Part shown: positions 1 to 10,327 of the stretch, in pieces
Layout of the letters: every line of letters begins with the position of its first letter
Numbering within the stretch: the first letter of the stretch is position 1
DNA from: Pseudomonadota bacterium
GTDB lineage: Bacteria; Pseudomonadota; Gammaproteobacteria; Burkholderiales; Burkholderiaceae_D
Direction: 5' to 3'
Assembly: GCA_041173845.1 (NCBI GenBank)
Contig: JBEDHZ010000001.1
Coordinates: 425-64,424 of the forward strand
DNA length: 64,000 nucleotides
Notes under the pieces: generated by a model
Databases searched by the model: none
What the model was told of the DNA's origin: nothing
What the model saw: only the letters and a program-made list of their open reading frames with translations
Program-made: the position numbers and the translations under genes

Positions 1-207
1 CGCAGCGATGTCAGCGCCTGCAGCAAATGCTTTTTCATTACCCGTCAAAATAATGCAGGCAATTTTTTCATCTGCATCAAAAGCCATCAAAGCCTCACCC
101 AACTCATTCATCAGCTGGTCATTTAATGCATTCAGGGCTTTCGGACGATTCAATCGGACCAATCCTACTTTTCCGTGTGTTTCGATCAGAATATTTTCAA
201 AATTCAT
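1..207 (-). CDS. Enoyl-CoA hydratase/isomerase (crotonase family), N-terminal part; runs off the window start
   Basis: Not in the ORF track. Manual translation from ATG at 207 gives [28 protein letters not shown]...[18 protein letters not shown], with the crotonase motifs LNRP..LNAL and FAAGADI. Confidence 0.92.
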   Translation of the reverse strand, partial: MNFENILIETHGKVGLVRLNRPKALNALNDQLMNELGEALMAFDADEKIACIILTGNEKAFAAGADIAA

Positions 208-291
208 ACGTGGCTCCGCATTGTCCGCAGTGATTGCTAAAGGGGGAATTGTAACTTCAAGACAATGACGTGATAGCTTATTCAAAGCACC

Positions 292-305
292 TTGAGATAG
301 ATCAT
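292..305. promoter_or_regulatory. Candidate FNR/Anr-type box upstream of the hemerythrin-like gene
   Basis: TTGAG-ATAG-ATCAT matches 8/10 positions of TTGAT-N4-ATCAA and lies ~65 nt upstream of the ATG at 370. Confidence 0.35.
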
Positions 306-369
306 TTACTTAGCGCAGCTGCATTGCCACTGCAATGACTACACTACCTACTTTGGAATAAATATCTCC

Positions 370-816
370 ATGCCCACCGAAATTTCACAATTAGATGCGC
401 TGCACGACTCATTGCGCCAACTCACGCAACAACTTCACGACTGCGCTCGAGATGAGATCTGCTCTGCTTATGAGGAATTACTGGTTACAGCGGAAAAAGC
501 CTTCGCGGCTGAGCAGTTGATGATGGAAAGACATGACTTCCCAGCGACTCGATCTCATCTGGAACAGCACGCTCGTGTGCTCTGCGCATTGCATCAAGCA
601 CATCCGTCCGTTATGACCGGGGATCACCATCTGGCCATGCACGTTGGAGGCCACCTTCTGCCGGAGTGGTTTGAGTTGCACAACTCCACATTAGATGCCG
701 CCGTTTCGGTTTGGGCCAGCTACAAGATTGATCCCGATAAGCTAGCTGCGAATTACGGAGGGCAAATGATCAATTTTGCGGCAACGCCAACGAACGAGGC
801 AGCAAGACCCACATAA
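370..816 (+). CDS. Hemerythrin-like (bacteriohemerythrin HHE) protein
   Basis: Ligand spacing H12, E48 (xF..EQ..M....FP), H63-x3-H67, W-F-x2-H104-x4-D109 matches hemerythrins; the second His ligand is Ala44. Confidence 0.75.
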   Translation: MPTEISQLDALHDSLRQLTQQLHDCARDEICSAYEELLVTAEKAFAAEQLMMERHDFPATRSHLEQHARVLCALHQAHPSVMTGDHHLAMHVGGHLLPEWFELHNSTLDAAVSVWASYKIDPDKLAANYGGQMINFAATPTNEAARPT

Positions 817-2038
817 ACAATACTTGCTTCATTCGTCCGGCTAATTCGCCTGCCTCATCACCAAAACCCCAAAAAAAATCTGCCCTGACAGGATTGCGGA
901 TTGCACCCCCGGTGTCCTGAGCAAGCATTAAGCGACGTAGCGGAATCGCAGAGTTTGGCTGAGTCGTCGACACAAACACTGGAGCGCCCAAAGGTATGAA
1001 CTGCGGATCAACCGCAATCGATCGCTGCGGTGTGAGTGGCACGCCAAGAGAACCTTTTGGCCCTTTCGACGGATCAAGAATTTTTTCTTCTTTAAAAAAT
1101 ACGAAGCTGGGATTTGCATTTAAAAGTTCTTGCTGACGAGTGGGATTTGCGAGATACCACGCTTTAATTCCCTGCATTGAAGCTTGTTCTAAGCTCAGCT
1201 CACCGCGATCAACCAGATAGCGGCCAACGGATTTATAAGGGTGACCATTTTGATCTGCATAGGCCACGCGAATGATTTCACCACCCGGTTCAATCACTAC
1301 TCTTCCAGAGCCTTGCACCTGCAAGAAAAAAGCATCGATGGGGTTGTCAACCCAAACAAACTCCTTACCAGCCAAGAGATTTTTTGACACCAGCTCGGCA
1401 CGACTGTAATACGGCACCACTTTGTTTCCTGCGACTCTTCCACGCAAACGCATGTTCTTTAGTTCTGGATAAAGAACACTCATATCGATCGTTAGTAAAT
1501 CATCCGGCACGCGATAAAGCGCTGTCTGATACGGTCCATTGCGCAAACGCGCGCCTCGTAACAACGGTTCGTAGTAGCCCGTTGCCATGCCTTGCACATT
1601 ACCATCGAGATTGCGCAATTGATGCGGAATAAATTGCGATTCATAGTAGCGCCGGACCATGGCTTCATCGGAGGGATTCACCTCAGAAGTTGAACGACAA
1701 ACCTCTTGCCATTCGATTCGCTTAGCCAGCGCCTGGCAAGTTGCCAACATCGCCGGCCAAGTCAGACGCAAGTCATCCTCAGTCCAGCCAGGCAAATCAG
1801 AAAAGCTCGCGCTACGAAGATAGTCCGCAGGTTTAGCTAATGAGGGTGGCGCTACCGGTGGCGTTGTAACTGGCACGGCCACTGGCGCTGGTAACGGCTC
1901 CGACGATTTTTGCGGTGGCGACGTCACGCAGGCCGATAGCAGTAGTATGGTTGCCATCGCCGCGAGCGTTAAACTAAAACGTTGATTCAGACAGGACACC
2001 TTGTATGTGGCTATTATTTTTGGAAGCAGGTCTCGCAT
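770..2038 (-). CDS. mltA: Membrane-bound lytic murein transglycosylase A (lipoprotein)
   Basis: Lipobox LSAC, TGYYEP motif, FFLQVQGSG, 3D-domain QDTGGAI...RADFFWG. Exact start uncertain. Confidence 0.95.
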   Translation of the reverse strand: MRDLLPKIIATYKVSCLNQRFSLTLAAMATILLLSACVTSPPQKSSEPLPAPVAVPVTTPPVAPPSLAKPADYLRSASFSDLPGWTEDDLRLTWPAMLATCQALAKRIEWQEVCRSTSEVNPSDEAMVRRYYESQFIPHQLRNLDGNVQGMATGYYEPLLRGARLRNGPYQTALYRVPDDLLTIDMSVLYPELKNMRLRGRVAGNKVVPYYSRAELVSKNLLAGKEFVWVDNPIDAFFLQVQGSGRVVIEPGGEIIRVAYADQNGHPYKSVGRYLVDRGELSLEQASMQGIKAWYLANPTRQQELLNANPSFVFFKEEKILDPSKGPKGSLGVPLTPQRSIAVDPQFIPLGAPVFVSTTQPNSAIPLRRLMLAQDTGGAIRNPVRADFFWGFGDEAGELAGRMKQVLFMWVLLPRSLALPQN

Positions 2039-2122
2039 TCGGCCTGTTAGCTTTTATCGTTTGGTGGACTATGTTCTCCGGCAGAGAAGATGACGACTAA
2101 TCCACGCAACTACTTTTCACTG

Positions 2123-2497
2123 TCAGTGCAATGTTCGAGGCAGGGAAAGTACAAACTCTGGAATTGGCGACTCGAATTGCTCACCATCCTCGGCTACGCA
2201 AAAGTACTCACCGTGCATCGTCCCCTGCGGCGTTGCCAAGGTCGTGCCACTGGTATATTCAAACTGTTCGCCGGGTTGTAGCAAAGGCTGATGCCCCACC
2301 ACACCCAAGCCACGAACTTCTTGCACGTGATTGTTTGCATCGGTAATGACCCAATGCCGCGAAATCAACTGAGCTGCTACGTTGCCGCTGTTTTTTATCG
2401 TGACTGCGTAGGCAAACACGTACTGTGAGCGGTCAGGATCGGATTGATCCTCGAGATACTGAGTTTTAACCGTCACCGTCATTTGGTAAGCCGCCAT
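2123..2497 (-). CDS. apaG: ApaG protein
   Basis: YVFAYAVTIKN, QLISRHWVITD, VRGLGVVGHQP and EYTSG motifs. Confidence 0.96.
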   Translation of the reverse strand: MAAYQMTVTVKTQYLEDQSDPDRSQYVFAYAVTIKNSGNVAAQLISRHWVITDANNHVQEVRGLGVVGHQPLLQPGEQFEYTSGTTLATPQGTMHGEYFCVAEDGEQFESPIPEFVLSLPRTLH

Positions 2498-2640
2498 ACG
2501 TAATCGCAGTTCCTGTAATTTTGTTTTTCAAAGAAAGCTAAATCTAGCTAGCCTTCGATTGCACACGAAATCCAGCCAGCTGGCAAGCTCATCATTAGCT
2601 ACAGGTTAAAATTCGAAGCTCGTTCAAAGGGAACTATTCC

Positions 2641-3306
2641 ATGTCCAAATATCTCATCGCTCCCAGCATCTTGTCTGCCGACTTCGCCCGATTGGGGGAA
2701 GAGGTAAGAAATGTTGTTGCCGCAGGAGCCGACATCATTCACTTCGATGTAATGGATAATCACTATGTTCCCAATTTGACAATTGGTCCGCTGGTATGCG
2801 AAGCCATACGCCCGCATGTCAATGTGCCAATCGATGTACATCTGATGGTTAAACCCGTCGACCGCATCATCCCCGACTTTGCCAAGGCAGGCGCCAATAT
2901 CATTAGCTTTCACCCGGAAGCCTCTGATCACATAGACCGCACACTCAGCTTAATTCGTGACCAGGGCTGTAAAGCTGGACTCGTCTTCAATCCGGCGACA
3001 CCTTTACATTACCTTGAGCACGTGATGGATAAAATTGACCTGATTCTGATCATGTCAGTCAATCCAGGCTTCGGTGGGCAGTCTTTTATCGGTGAAGCCC
3101 TGAAAAAAGTCAGCCTTGTACGTGAACTCATCAATGCTAGCGGGCGCGACATCATGCTTGAGGTCGATGGCGGCATCAAAGTAGAAAACATAGCCGCTGT
3201 CGCTAAGGCGGGCGCTGACACCTTTGTTGCAGGCTCCGCCATATTTGGCAAGCCCGACTACAAAGCCATTATTGATGCCATGCGTAACCAACTTGCCACT
3301 GCATGA
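2641..3306 (+). CDS. rpe: Ribulose-phosphate 3-epimerase
   Basis: [42 protein letters not shown]. Confidence 0.98.
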   Translation: MSKYLIAPSILSADFARLGEEVRNVVAAGADIIHFDVMDNHYVPNLTIGPLVCEAIRPHVNVPIDVHLMVKPVDRIIPDFAKAGANIISFHPEASDHIDRTLSLIRDQGCKAGLVFNPATPLHYLEHVMDKIDLILIMSVNPGFGGQSFIGEALKKVSLVRELINASGRDIMLEVDGGIKVENIAAVAKAGADTFVAGSAIFGKPDYKAIIDAMRNQLATA

Positions 3307-3995
3307 ACAGCTCAGTCAAAGACTCATTTAAAGGTATTCGCGCGGCCATTGTTGATCTGGATGGAACGATGGTTGATACAGCGCCCGATTTCCAAGTAGC
3401 CATTAACCGTATGCGCGACGAATTAAATTTAGCGCCACTTGCGTTAGATACCATTGTCGACTTTGTGGGAAAAGGCTCTGAAAATCTAATGCGTCGAGTG
3501 CTCGGTGTCGACTTTGAGAAAAGCGAAGTCGAAAGTCGATTTGACCACGCTCTCGAACGCTACCAACATCATTACCTGCAAATTAACGGTGATCACAGCG
3601 AGCTGTATGTAGGCGTACATGAAGGCCTGTCGGCAATGAAACAGAGCGGCGTGCGGCTCGCTTGCGTCACCAATAAACCGATTGCCTTTGCGCGCCCATT
3701 GCTCGAGAAAAAAGGGCTGATTGATTTTTTTGAAGTGATTTACGGTGGCGATTCTCTCGCGCATAAAAAGCCTCATCCGCTGCCAATGCTCACCGTCTGT
3801 AAAGATTTTGATCTGCAGCCAGACCAAGTCGTTGCCATTGGCGATTCCTCCAACGACTCCGAGGCAGCGCGGGCTGCAGGATGCCGCGTACTAACCGTTC
3901 CCTATGGTTACAACCACGGCCAGCCTGTCCAGACCATAGACACGGATGGTATAGTCGAGTCTTTACTTGATGCGGCGAACCTAATCGTCCATTAA
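3303..3995 (+). CDS. gph: Phosphoglycolate phosphatase (HAD family)
   Basis: [18 protein letters not shown] and IGDS..D motifs; ATGA overlap with rpe; usual rpe-gph-trpE order. Confidence 0.93.
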   Translation: MNSSVKDSFKGIRAAIVDLDGTMVDTAPDFQVAINRMRDELNLAPLALDTIVDFVGKGSENLMRRVLGVDFEKSEVESRFDHALERYQHHYLQINGDHSELYVGVHEGLSAMKQSGVRLACVTNKPIAFARPLLEKKGLIDFFEVIYGGDSLAHKKPHPLPMLTVCKDFDLQPDQVVAIGDSSNDSEAARAAGCRVLTVPYGYNHGQPVQTIDTDGIVESLLDAANLIVH

Positions 3996-4016
3996 TAGCC
4001 CTACCTAATTAACGCC

Positions 4017-4103
4017 ATGTTTCTTGTCAAAAAAATCAAGCTGATCCCACCGGGTGCCTTCGAGGCCTGGCTATGGCGACGCTGGCAAACACATATCGCC
4101 TGA
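4017..4103 (+). CDS. trpL: Putative trp operon leader peptide (28 aa, MFLVKKIKLIPPGAFEAWLWRRWQTHIA)
   Basis: Short ORF absent from the track, with three TGG codons (4068, 4074, 4083), ending 84 nt before trpE and followed by a terminator-like hairpin. Confidence 0.75.
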   Translation: MFLVKKIKLIPPGAFEAWLWRRWQTHIA

Positions 4104-4117
4104 TATCCCTGATTGCC

Positions 4118-4145
4118 GCTGTTTCAACTGGAACAGCTGTTTTTT
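4118..4145 (+). terminator. Putative attenuator terminator of the trp leader
   Basis: GCTGTTTC-AACT-GGAACAGC (8 bp with one G-U) followed by TGTTTTTT, between trpL and trpE. Confidence 0.6.
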
Positions 4146-4187
4146 GCACAAACTGCCGCCAACTATCATGGCGGCCCGGAGAGAAAC

Positions 4188-5684
4188 ATGACCGAACTCG
4201 AATTTAAGTCGCTGGCCGCGCAAGGCTATAACCGCATTCCATTGCTGGCAGAAGCCTTCGCCGATCTCGAAACACCGCTCACGCTTTACCTAAAGCTGGC
4301 CCAAACGCAAAATCAAGGAAAAAACACCTTCCTGCTTGAATCCGTTGTCGGTGGCGAGCGCTTTGGTCGCTACTCCTTCATTGGTCTTCCCGCCAACACA
4401 TTACTGCGCTCCAGCGGCCGGCATACTGAGGTCGTGCGTAATGGCGAGGTCATCGAAACATCGACTAACAATCCACTTGATTTCATCGCTGAATTTCAAT
4501 CGCGCTACAAAGTCGCTATCAGTGCAGGTATGCCGCGTTTTTGTGGTGGTTTGGCAGGCTATTTTGGATACGACGCCGTACGTCAGATAGAACATCGACT
4601 AGAGCACAGTGCACCGCCTGATGATCTGAAACTACCTGAAATTCAATTACTACTGACCGAAGAACTCGCGGTCATCGACAACTTGTCTGGGAAGCTTTAT
4701 CTCATCGTTTACTCAGACACCAGCCAGCCCGAAGCCTATACAAAAGCAAAACAACGACTGAAAGATTTGCGCGCCATGTTGCGTCGTAATGTCGATGCGC
4801 CAGTCACCTCCGGTTCAGTACGCACCGAAACCATTCGTGACTTTGATAAAAAAGAGTATCTGGCAGCCGTTCAAAAAGCCAAGGACTACATCATGGCCGG
4901 CGACCTGATGCAAGTGCAGATAGGCCAACGCATACGCAAGCCTTATGTTGATTCACCGTTGTCGCTCTATCGTGCGCTACGCTCACTGAATCCATCGCCG
5001 TATATGTATTTCTATAATTTTGGCGACATGCAAATTGTAGGAAGCTCGCCAGAAATCCTCGTGCGCAATGAAGGAATACCTGACAACAAGAAAAAAATCA
5101 CGATAAGACCACTCGCAGGCACCCGTCCTCGTGGCGCAACCCCTGAACAAGATGTCAAACTAGCGACAGAGTTATTAGCCGACCCCAAAGAAATTGCTGA
5201 GCACGTCATGCTGATTGATCTCGCACGCAACGATATTGGTCGTATTGCCGAGATAGGCAGCGTCAAAGTCACCGATAAATTCATCATCGAAAAATATTCG
5301 CACGTGCAGCACATTGTTTCTAACGTTGAAGGAACACTGAAAGACGGCATGTCCAACCTTGACGTCTTACGTGCCACCTTCCCAGCAGGCACCTTGTCCG
5401 GCGCTCCCAAAGTTCGCGCCATGGAAATCATCGATGAGCTAGAACCCGTTAAGCGCGGCATCTACGGCGGCGCGTGTGGTTATCTTTCTTTCGGTGGCGA
5501 GATGGATCTTGCCATCGCCATTCGTACCGGCGTCATCAAAGACGGCATGCTGTATGCACAAGCCGCCGCCGGCATAGTCGCCGACTCCATCCCCGAAATG
5601 GAATGGCAAGAAACGGAGAACAAGGCGCGCGCTGTATTGAGGGCCGCAGAGCAAGTGCAAGACGGATTGGACGGGGAGATCTGA
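4188..5684 (+). CDS. trpE: Anthranilate synthase component I
   Basis: [57 protein letters not shown]. Start trimmed to ATG 4188, which has GGAGAG upstream. Confidence 0.97.
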   Translation: MTELEFKSLAAQGYNRIPLLAEAFADLETPLTLYLKLAQTQNQGKNTFLLESVVGGERFGRYSFIGLPANTLLRSSGRHTEVVRNGEVIETSTNNPLDFIAEFQSRYKVAISAGMPRFCGGLAGYFGYDAVRQIEHRLEHSAPPDDLKLPEIQLLLTEELAVIDNLSGKLYLIVYSDTSQPEAYTKAKQRLKDLRAMLRRNVDAPVTSGSVRTETIRDFDKKEYLAAVQKAKDYIMAGDLMQVQIGQRIRKPYVDSPLSLYRALRSLNPSPYMYFYNFGDMQIVGSSPEILVRNEGIPDNKKKITIRPLAGTRPRGATPEQDVKLATELLADPKEIAEHVMLIDLARNDIGRIAEIGSVKVTDKFIIEKYSHVQHIVSNVEGTLKDGMSNLDVLRATFPAGTLSGAPKVRAMEIIDELEPVKRGIYGGACGYLSFGGEMDLAIAIRTGVIKDGMLYAQAAAGIVADSIPEMEWQETENKARAVLRAAEQVQDGLDGEI

Positions 5685-5685
5685 C

Positions 5686-6249
5686 ATGCTTTTAATGATC
5701 GATAACTATGACTCGTTTACCTATAACCTTGTTCAATATTTTGGCGAGTTAGGTGAAGACGTACAAACCTATCGCAATGACGAAATCACCCTCGAAAAAA
5801 TAACGCAGCTCAAACCTGATCGTATTTGTATTTCGCCGGGCCCATGCACACCGCATGAAGCGGGAGTCTCCGTTCCACTCCTACAGCACTTTGCTGGCAA
5901 GTTGCCCATACTCGGCGTTTGCCTTGGTCATCAAAGCATAGGCGCTGCATTCGGTGGCAAAGTCATTCGCGCACAAGAAGTCATGCATGGGAAAACATCG
6001 CCGATTGAACACACCGGCGTGGGTATTTTTAAAGATCTGCCATCACCCTTTACCGTTATTCGCTATCACTCGCTTGCCATCGATCGAGCATCGCTACCTG
6101 ATCACCTTGAAGTAACAGCATGGACAGCGGATGGTGAAATTATGGGAGTACGTCACAAAAACTTCCCGATTGAAGGAGTGCAATTTCATCCTGAATCTAT
6201 TTTGTCTGAGCACGGTCACGCGCTGTTGAAAAATTTTCTTACGATCTGA
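5686..6249 (+). CDS. trpG: Anthranilate synthase component II (glutamine amidotransferase)
   Basis: [32 protein letters not shown]. Confidence 0.97.
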   Translation: MLLMIDNYDSFTYNLVQYFGELGEDVQTYRNDEITLEKITQLKPDRICISPGPCTPHEAGVSVPLLQHFAGKLPILGVCLGHQSIGAAFGGKVIRAQEVMHGKTSPIEHTGVGIFKDLPSPFTVIRYHSLAIDRASLPDHLEVTAWTADGEIMGVRHKNFPIEGVQFHPESILSEHGHALLKNFLTI

Positions 6250-6262
6250 TATCACGTCTGCC

Positions 6263-7294
6263 ATGACTCTCACTCCACAACAAGCGCTACTGCGCTGCAT
6301 TGAACATCGTGAAATTTTTCACGATGAAATGCTCATGCTGTTCCGACAAATCATGGGTGGTGAAATGTCACCCGTCATGATTGCCGCCCTCACTATGGGC
6401 TTACGCGTAAAGAAAGAAACGATCGGTGAAATCGCAGCGGCCGCTCAAGTCATGCGTGAATTTGCTACAAAAGTCGATGTACCTAACACAGACAACTTAG
6501 TCGATATCGTGGGTACAGGTGGCGATGGTGCCAACACCTTTAATATTTCAACCGCTTCCATGTTCGTCGTCGCTGCCGCTGGTGGACGCGTAGCCAAACA
6601 TGGTGGACGCAGCGTCTCATCATCATCCGGTAGCGCAGATGCATTAGAAGCACTCGGCGTGAATATTCAACTCAAGCCTGAGCAAGTCGCGCAATCTATT
6701 CAAGCAACGGGCATAGGCTTCATGTTCGCCCCCAATCATCACGCGGCGATGAAACACGCCGCACCGGTGCGCAAAGAATTAGGTGTTCGCACTATCTTTA
6801 ATATTCTCGGTCCATTAACCAATCCTGCTGGCGCACCCAACATCATGATGGGCGTGTTTCATGCTGATCTGGTCGGCATTCAAACGCGCGTATTGCAAAA
6901 ATTAGGCGCAAAACATGCACTGGTTGTTTGGGCGCGCGACAATATGGACGAAGTATCCCTAGGTGCAGCAACCATGGTGGGCGAATTGGTGAATGGCGAG
7001 ATTCGTGAATACGACATTCACCCTGAAGATTTTGGTCTGCAAATGACGTCCAGTCGCAATCTTCGCGTCGATAGCAGCGCTGAATCTATCGCAAAAATTT
7101 ATGAAGCACTCGACAACAAAATCGGTGCGGCACGTGACATCGTCATTATTAACTCGGGCACAGCCCTCTATGCATCTGGTGTAGTAGATAGCATCGCTAA
7201 AGGCGTAACCAAAGCTACCGAGAGCATTGCATCGGGAGCCGCTCGGGCCAAGCTTGAAGAGTTTGCCAAATTCACTCGACAATTCGCCGCTTAA
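6263..7294 (+). CDS. trpD: Anthranilate phosphoribosyltransferase
   Basis: [42 protein letters not shown]. Confidence 0.97.
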   Translation: MTLTPQQALLRCIEHREIFHDEMLMLFRQIMGGEMSPVMIAALTMGLRVKKETIGEIAAAAQVMREFATKVDVPNTDNLVDIVGTGGDGANTFNISTASMFVVAAAGGRVAKHGGRSVSSSSGSADALEALGVNIQLKPEQVAQSIQATGIGFMFAPNHHAAMKHAAPVRKELGVRTIFNILGPLTNPAGAPNIMMGVFHADLVGIQTRVLQKLGAKHALVVWARDNMDEVSLGAATMVGELVNGEIREYDIHPEDFGLQMTSSRNLRVDSSAESIAKIYEALDNKIGAARDIVIINSGTALYASGVVDSIAKGVTKATESIASGAARAKLEEFAKFTRQFAA

Positions 7295-7309
7295 TTTTGA
7301 GATACAGCT

Positions 7310-8113
7310 ATGTCTGACATATTAAAAAAAATACTTGACGTAAAAGTCGATGAAGTCGCTGCGGCAAAGAAGTATCAGGATCTGAAAAGTTTGCGCCGAG
7401 ACGTGGAATCGAATCAGCACGCTCGTGCAGACATCCGCGGATTTGAAGATGGCCTGCGCGCAAAAATCTCAAACGGAAAAGCAGGCGTCATCGCTGAAAT
7501 TAAAAAAGCTTCGCCGTCTAAAGGTGTGTTGCGTGAAAATTTTCAGCCGGTTGAAATCGCGCAAAGCTATGCACAATTTGGCGCAGCCTGTTTATCCGTG
7601 CTGACCGATGTGAATTTTTTTCAGGGCGCGCCTGAGTATCTCAAGCAAGCACGCGCCGCTTGCAGCATTCCCGTATTACGCAAAGATTTCATCATTGATC
7701 CTTACCAGATCTATGAAGCGAGACATTGGGGTGCGGATTGCGTGTTGCTCATCGTTGCAGCTCTCGATCATGGCTTGATGGCCGAACTCGAAGCCTGCGC
7801 GCATGAGCTAGGTATGGATGTCTTAGTTGAAGTGCATGACGCTGATGAGCTGACTAAAGCGCTTGAGCTCAAGACTCGCCTGCTAGGCATTAATAATCGC
7901 AACCTTCGCACGTTCGAGACGTCTTTAAATACGACGATTGATCTACTCGACCGTATCGATACTCAAAAACTCGTTATTACCGAATCAGGCATTCTGAGTA
8001 AAGATGATGTTAAAAGAATGCGCGATGCCGATGTACATGCGTTTTTAGTCGGCGAAGCCTTTATGCGCTCACCCGATCCGGGTATGGAACTGTCTCGCTT
8101 GTTTTTGGATTAA
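7310..8113 (+). CDS. trpC: Indole-3-glycerol phosphate synthase
   Basis: [44 protein letters not shown]. Confidence 0.97.
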   Translation: MSDILKKILDVKVDEVAAAKKYQDLKSLRRDVESNQHARADIRGFEDGLRAKISNGKAGVIAEIKKASPSKGVLRENFQPVEIAQSYAQFGAACLSVLTDVNFFQGAPEYLKQARAACSIPVLRKDFIIDPYQIYEARHWGADCVLLIVAALDHGLMAELEACAHELGMDVLVEVHDADELTKALELKTRLLGINNRNLRTFETSLNTTIDLLDRIDTQKLVITESGILSKDDVKRMRDADVHAFLVGEAFMRSPDPGMELSRLFLD

Positions 8114-8139
8114 GTTTTTGGATCAAGTTTTTTGACTTA
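8101..8139. repeat. Three imperfect 13-bp tandem copies at the trpC/mnmC convergent junction
   Basis: GTTTTTGGATTAA / GTTTTTGGATCAA / GTTTTTTGACTTA. Confidence 0.6.
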
Positions 8140-8140
8140 A

Positions 8141-9964
8141 TTACTTTGAGAAACGTAGTGGATGCAAGCGCTCTATCCACTCACTGCCTATAGGCAATGG
8201 CTCGCCTAGCATCTGAGTCACCAAAAACTCCGCGCACCACGGTGCGCAGGCCACACCGCGTGAACCATGCCCAATGCTGGCATAAAGACCCTCCGCAATT
8301 TTTCCGACTAACGGCAAACGATCTTGCGTCGTTGCACGCCAAGAGACTCGACCGCTGCGTAATTCATTCGCATCACTCACAAAGTCTGGCAGCAATCGCT
8401 GCAGACGATGAAAATTTTCAAGATCATCTTCAGACCGTGGCTTAGCGTCATCATCGATTTGAATCGTCGCCCCTATCGTGTGAACACCATTAATCGCTGG
8501 CGTCACATAGCCATCGCGACAAACGATAGCTCGTAAACTCTTATCGTCACGCTCGGCCACCACAGATAATTGTCCACGCGCGCTATCAACGCCATCGACA
8601 CTCGAACTTAGATCCGCAAACGCCGAGGCAAGCACAACATATCGCGAAAGAATTTTTTCTTCAGTAGCCAACTCCACACACCACACACCAGTGGAGTCCG
8701 GAGATAGTTGTTTGACCTCAGAAGCCGACCTCAACTCAATTAGAGGATGATCAATTAACGCAGCAATTAACGCGGTCGGATCAACCCAACCCGCTTGCGG
8801 TAAAAAAAATCCCTCTGTGGCCACCGACTGCCCACACAACATTGTCGCCTCACTAACGCTGACTTCATGCAGCCATTCATCCGGAACTGTTTGCGCATAA
8901 GCGGCCAATTTGTCATGCCGACGCTGATCACGCAGTAACCTCACAGCACCACAAAAATCATGCGGCACCGATTTACCATGAGTGGTTAACCAACGCTGTA
9001 GCCAGCCAACCCCAGCAGCAGAAAATTCAGCAATCACATTCGTCGCGCCGCCTGGCTCTGGGCGCACGACTGCCACCGGATTACCCGATGCTCCCGACGC
9101 AGGCTGATCACGCTCAATTAAGGTGACTGAGATACCGCGCGTCGCAAGTTGTCGTGCGATGCTGGCGCCCGCAATACCAGCTCCGATCACCACCACTGAT
9201 TCAACTCTCGTTGCTGAATCAAGAAATTTTTCAGTGCATTTTGCCGACAAGCTTTCGGGCTTTTCACCAAAGCATTCTCGTTTACTCACTTCGAAACCTA
9301 CTGATTGAAGCGTACGCTTCACCGAATCTTCTCCACACCCACTCGATGCAATCGCACCATCAGCAGCCAATCTAGCAAGGTGCTGCATCGTTTGAAGTGA
9401 CCACATAGCCGGATTACGATCAGGTGCAAAACCATCCAGATAAAAAGCATCAAAGCGCCCGTGAATGGAAGGCAGCACAGAGTCAACATCACCGAATACA
9501 AGCGTCAATGTCGTTTGATCATCTAGTGGCAAGGAATGAAAGCCAGGAATTAATGGTGGCCATTGTGCAATCAGTTGTTCAACCAACCCTTCTAACACTG
9601 GCGTAATTGAAGCAGGTGCGGTTGCTACGCTTGCCTGCAAAGCAGAGCGCAAATCCTGCGCAGTAAACGGATGCTTTTCTATGGCGACATACTGCAATCG
9701 AGCAATGCTATCGCTAGCCTTAATCGATGCCCACGTGGTGAGAAAATTAATGCCTAGACCAAATCCCGTCTCAAGCAATCGAATACAACGATCTCTCTGC
9801 CAACGTGAAGGTAATTCACAACCTTCTACAAAGACTGATTGCGCCCGACCCCACACACCGCTTAGGTTAGCGTAGACAGCGTCATACAACGGTGCGTAAA
9901 GTTCACCCTCATCACCTACCTGCCAACGCGCAGGTTCGATAGACAGAGTTTTCGTGGTGGTCAT
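8141..9964 (-). CDS. mnmC: Bifunctional tRNA mnm5s2U34 biosynthesis protein (methyltransferase plus FAD-dependent oxidoreductase)
   Basis: N-terminal ETGFGLGINF and FYLDGFAPDRNPAMW; C-terminal GAGIAG, ASGN, R..T.DRLP, GSRG. Start trimmed to ATG 9964. Confidence 0.9.
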   Translation of the reverse strand: MTTTKTLSIEPARWQVGDEGELYAPLYDAVYANLSGVWGRAQSVFVEGCELPSRWQRDRCIRLLETGFGLGINFLTTWASIKASDSIARLQYVAIEKHPFTAQDLRSALQASVATAPASITPVLEGLVEQLIAQWPPLIPGFHSLPLDDQTTLTLVFGDVDSVLPSIHGRFDAFYLDGFAPDRNPAMWSLQTMQHLARLAADGAIASSGCGEDSVKRTLQSVGFEVSKRECFGEKPESLSAKCTEKFLDSATRVESVVVIGAGIAGASIARQLATRGISVTLIERDQPASGASGNPVAVVRPEPGGATNVIAEFSAAGVGWLQRWLTTHGKSVPHDFCGAVRLLRDQRRHDKLAAYAQTVPDEWLHEVSVSEATMLCGQSVATEGFFLPQAGWVDPTALIAALIDHPLIELRSASEVKQLSPDSTGVWCVELATEEKILSRYVVLASAFADLSSSVDGVDSARGQLSVVAERDDKSLRAIVCRDGYVTPAINGVHTIGATIQIDDDAKPRSEDDLENFHRLQRLLPDFVSDANELRSGRVSWRATTQDRLPLVGKIAEGLYASIGHGSRGVACAPWCAEFLVTQMLGEPLPIGSEWIERLHPLRFSK

Positions 9965-10293
9965 TTTGCGGGTTGACACTGACCTTCAAAAATCAGCAGC
10001 GATGTAGGCAATTCCAATGTGTCAGTAACAGATAACAGCACAGGATCAATCAATAGCTTACGCATAGCTTGTTGCGGCGTTAATCCCATACAGGCAATCT
10101 GCGCCTCATTTTGCTCGCACTGAAGTCCATCGATCTGATTCGCCCGCAAACGGTAACGGCGCTTTTCTGCGGCCGGCACCGTCGACGGTGCTCCGCGATG
10201 AATAAAGCGCGTATGACCCGCACACTCAACCGATAAGTCTTGAGCAGCAACCAGCAAGGGGGATAAATAAAATAGTGCGATGAGCGATTTCAT
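9961..10293 (-). CDS. Hypothetical secreted protein (110 aa, 4 Cys)
   Basis: Signal-peptide-like MKSLIALFYLSPLLVAA; fills the gap between two same-strand genes; its stop overlaps the mnmC start (ATGA). Confidence 0.65.
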   Translation of the reverse strand: MKSLIALFYLSPLLVAAQDLSVECAGHTRFIHRGAPSTVPAAEKRRYRLRANQIDGLQCEQNEAQIACMGLTPQQAMRKLLIDPVLLSVTDTLELPTSLLIFEGQCQPAK

Positions 10294-10327
10294 CCGACTT
10301 GCTTAGTCTGTTTTATTAAACAAACGC

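Noticed and set aside
8-268. 86-aa plus-strand ORF in the track
   Set aside because: It is the antisense shadow of the enoyl-CoA hydratase read on the minus strand from 207.
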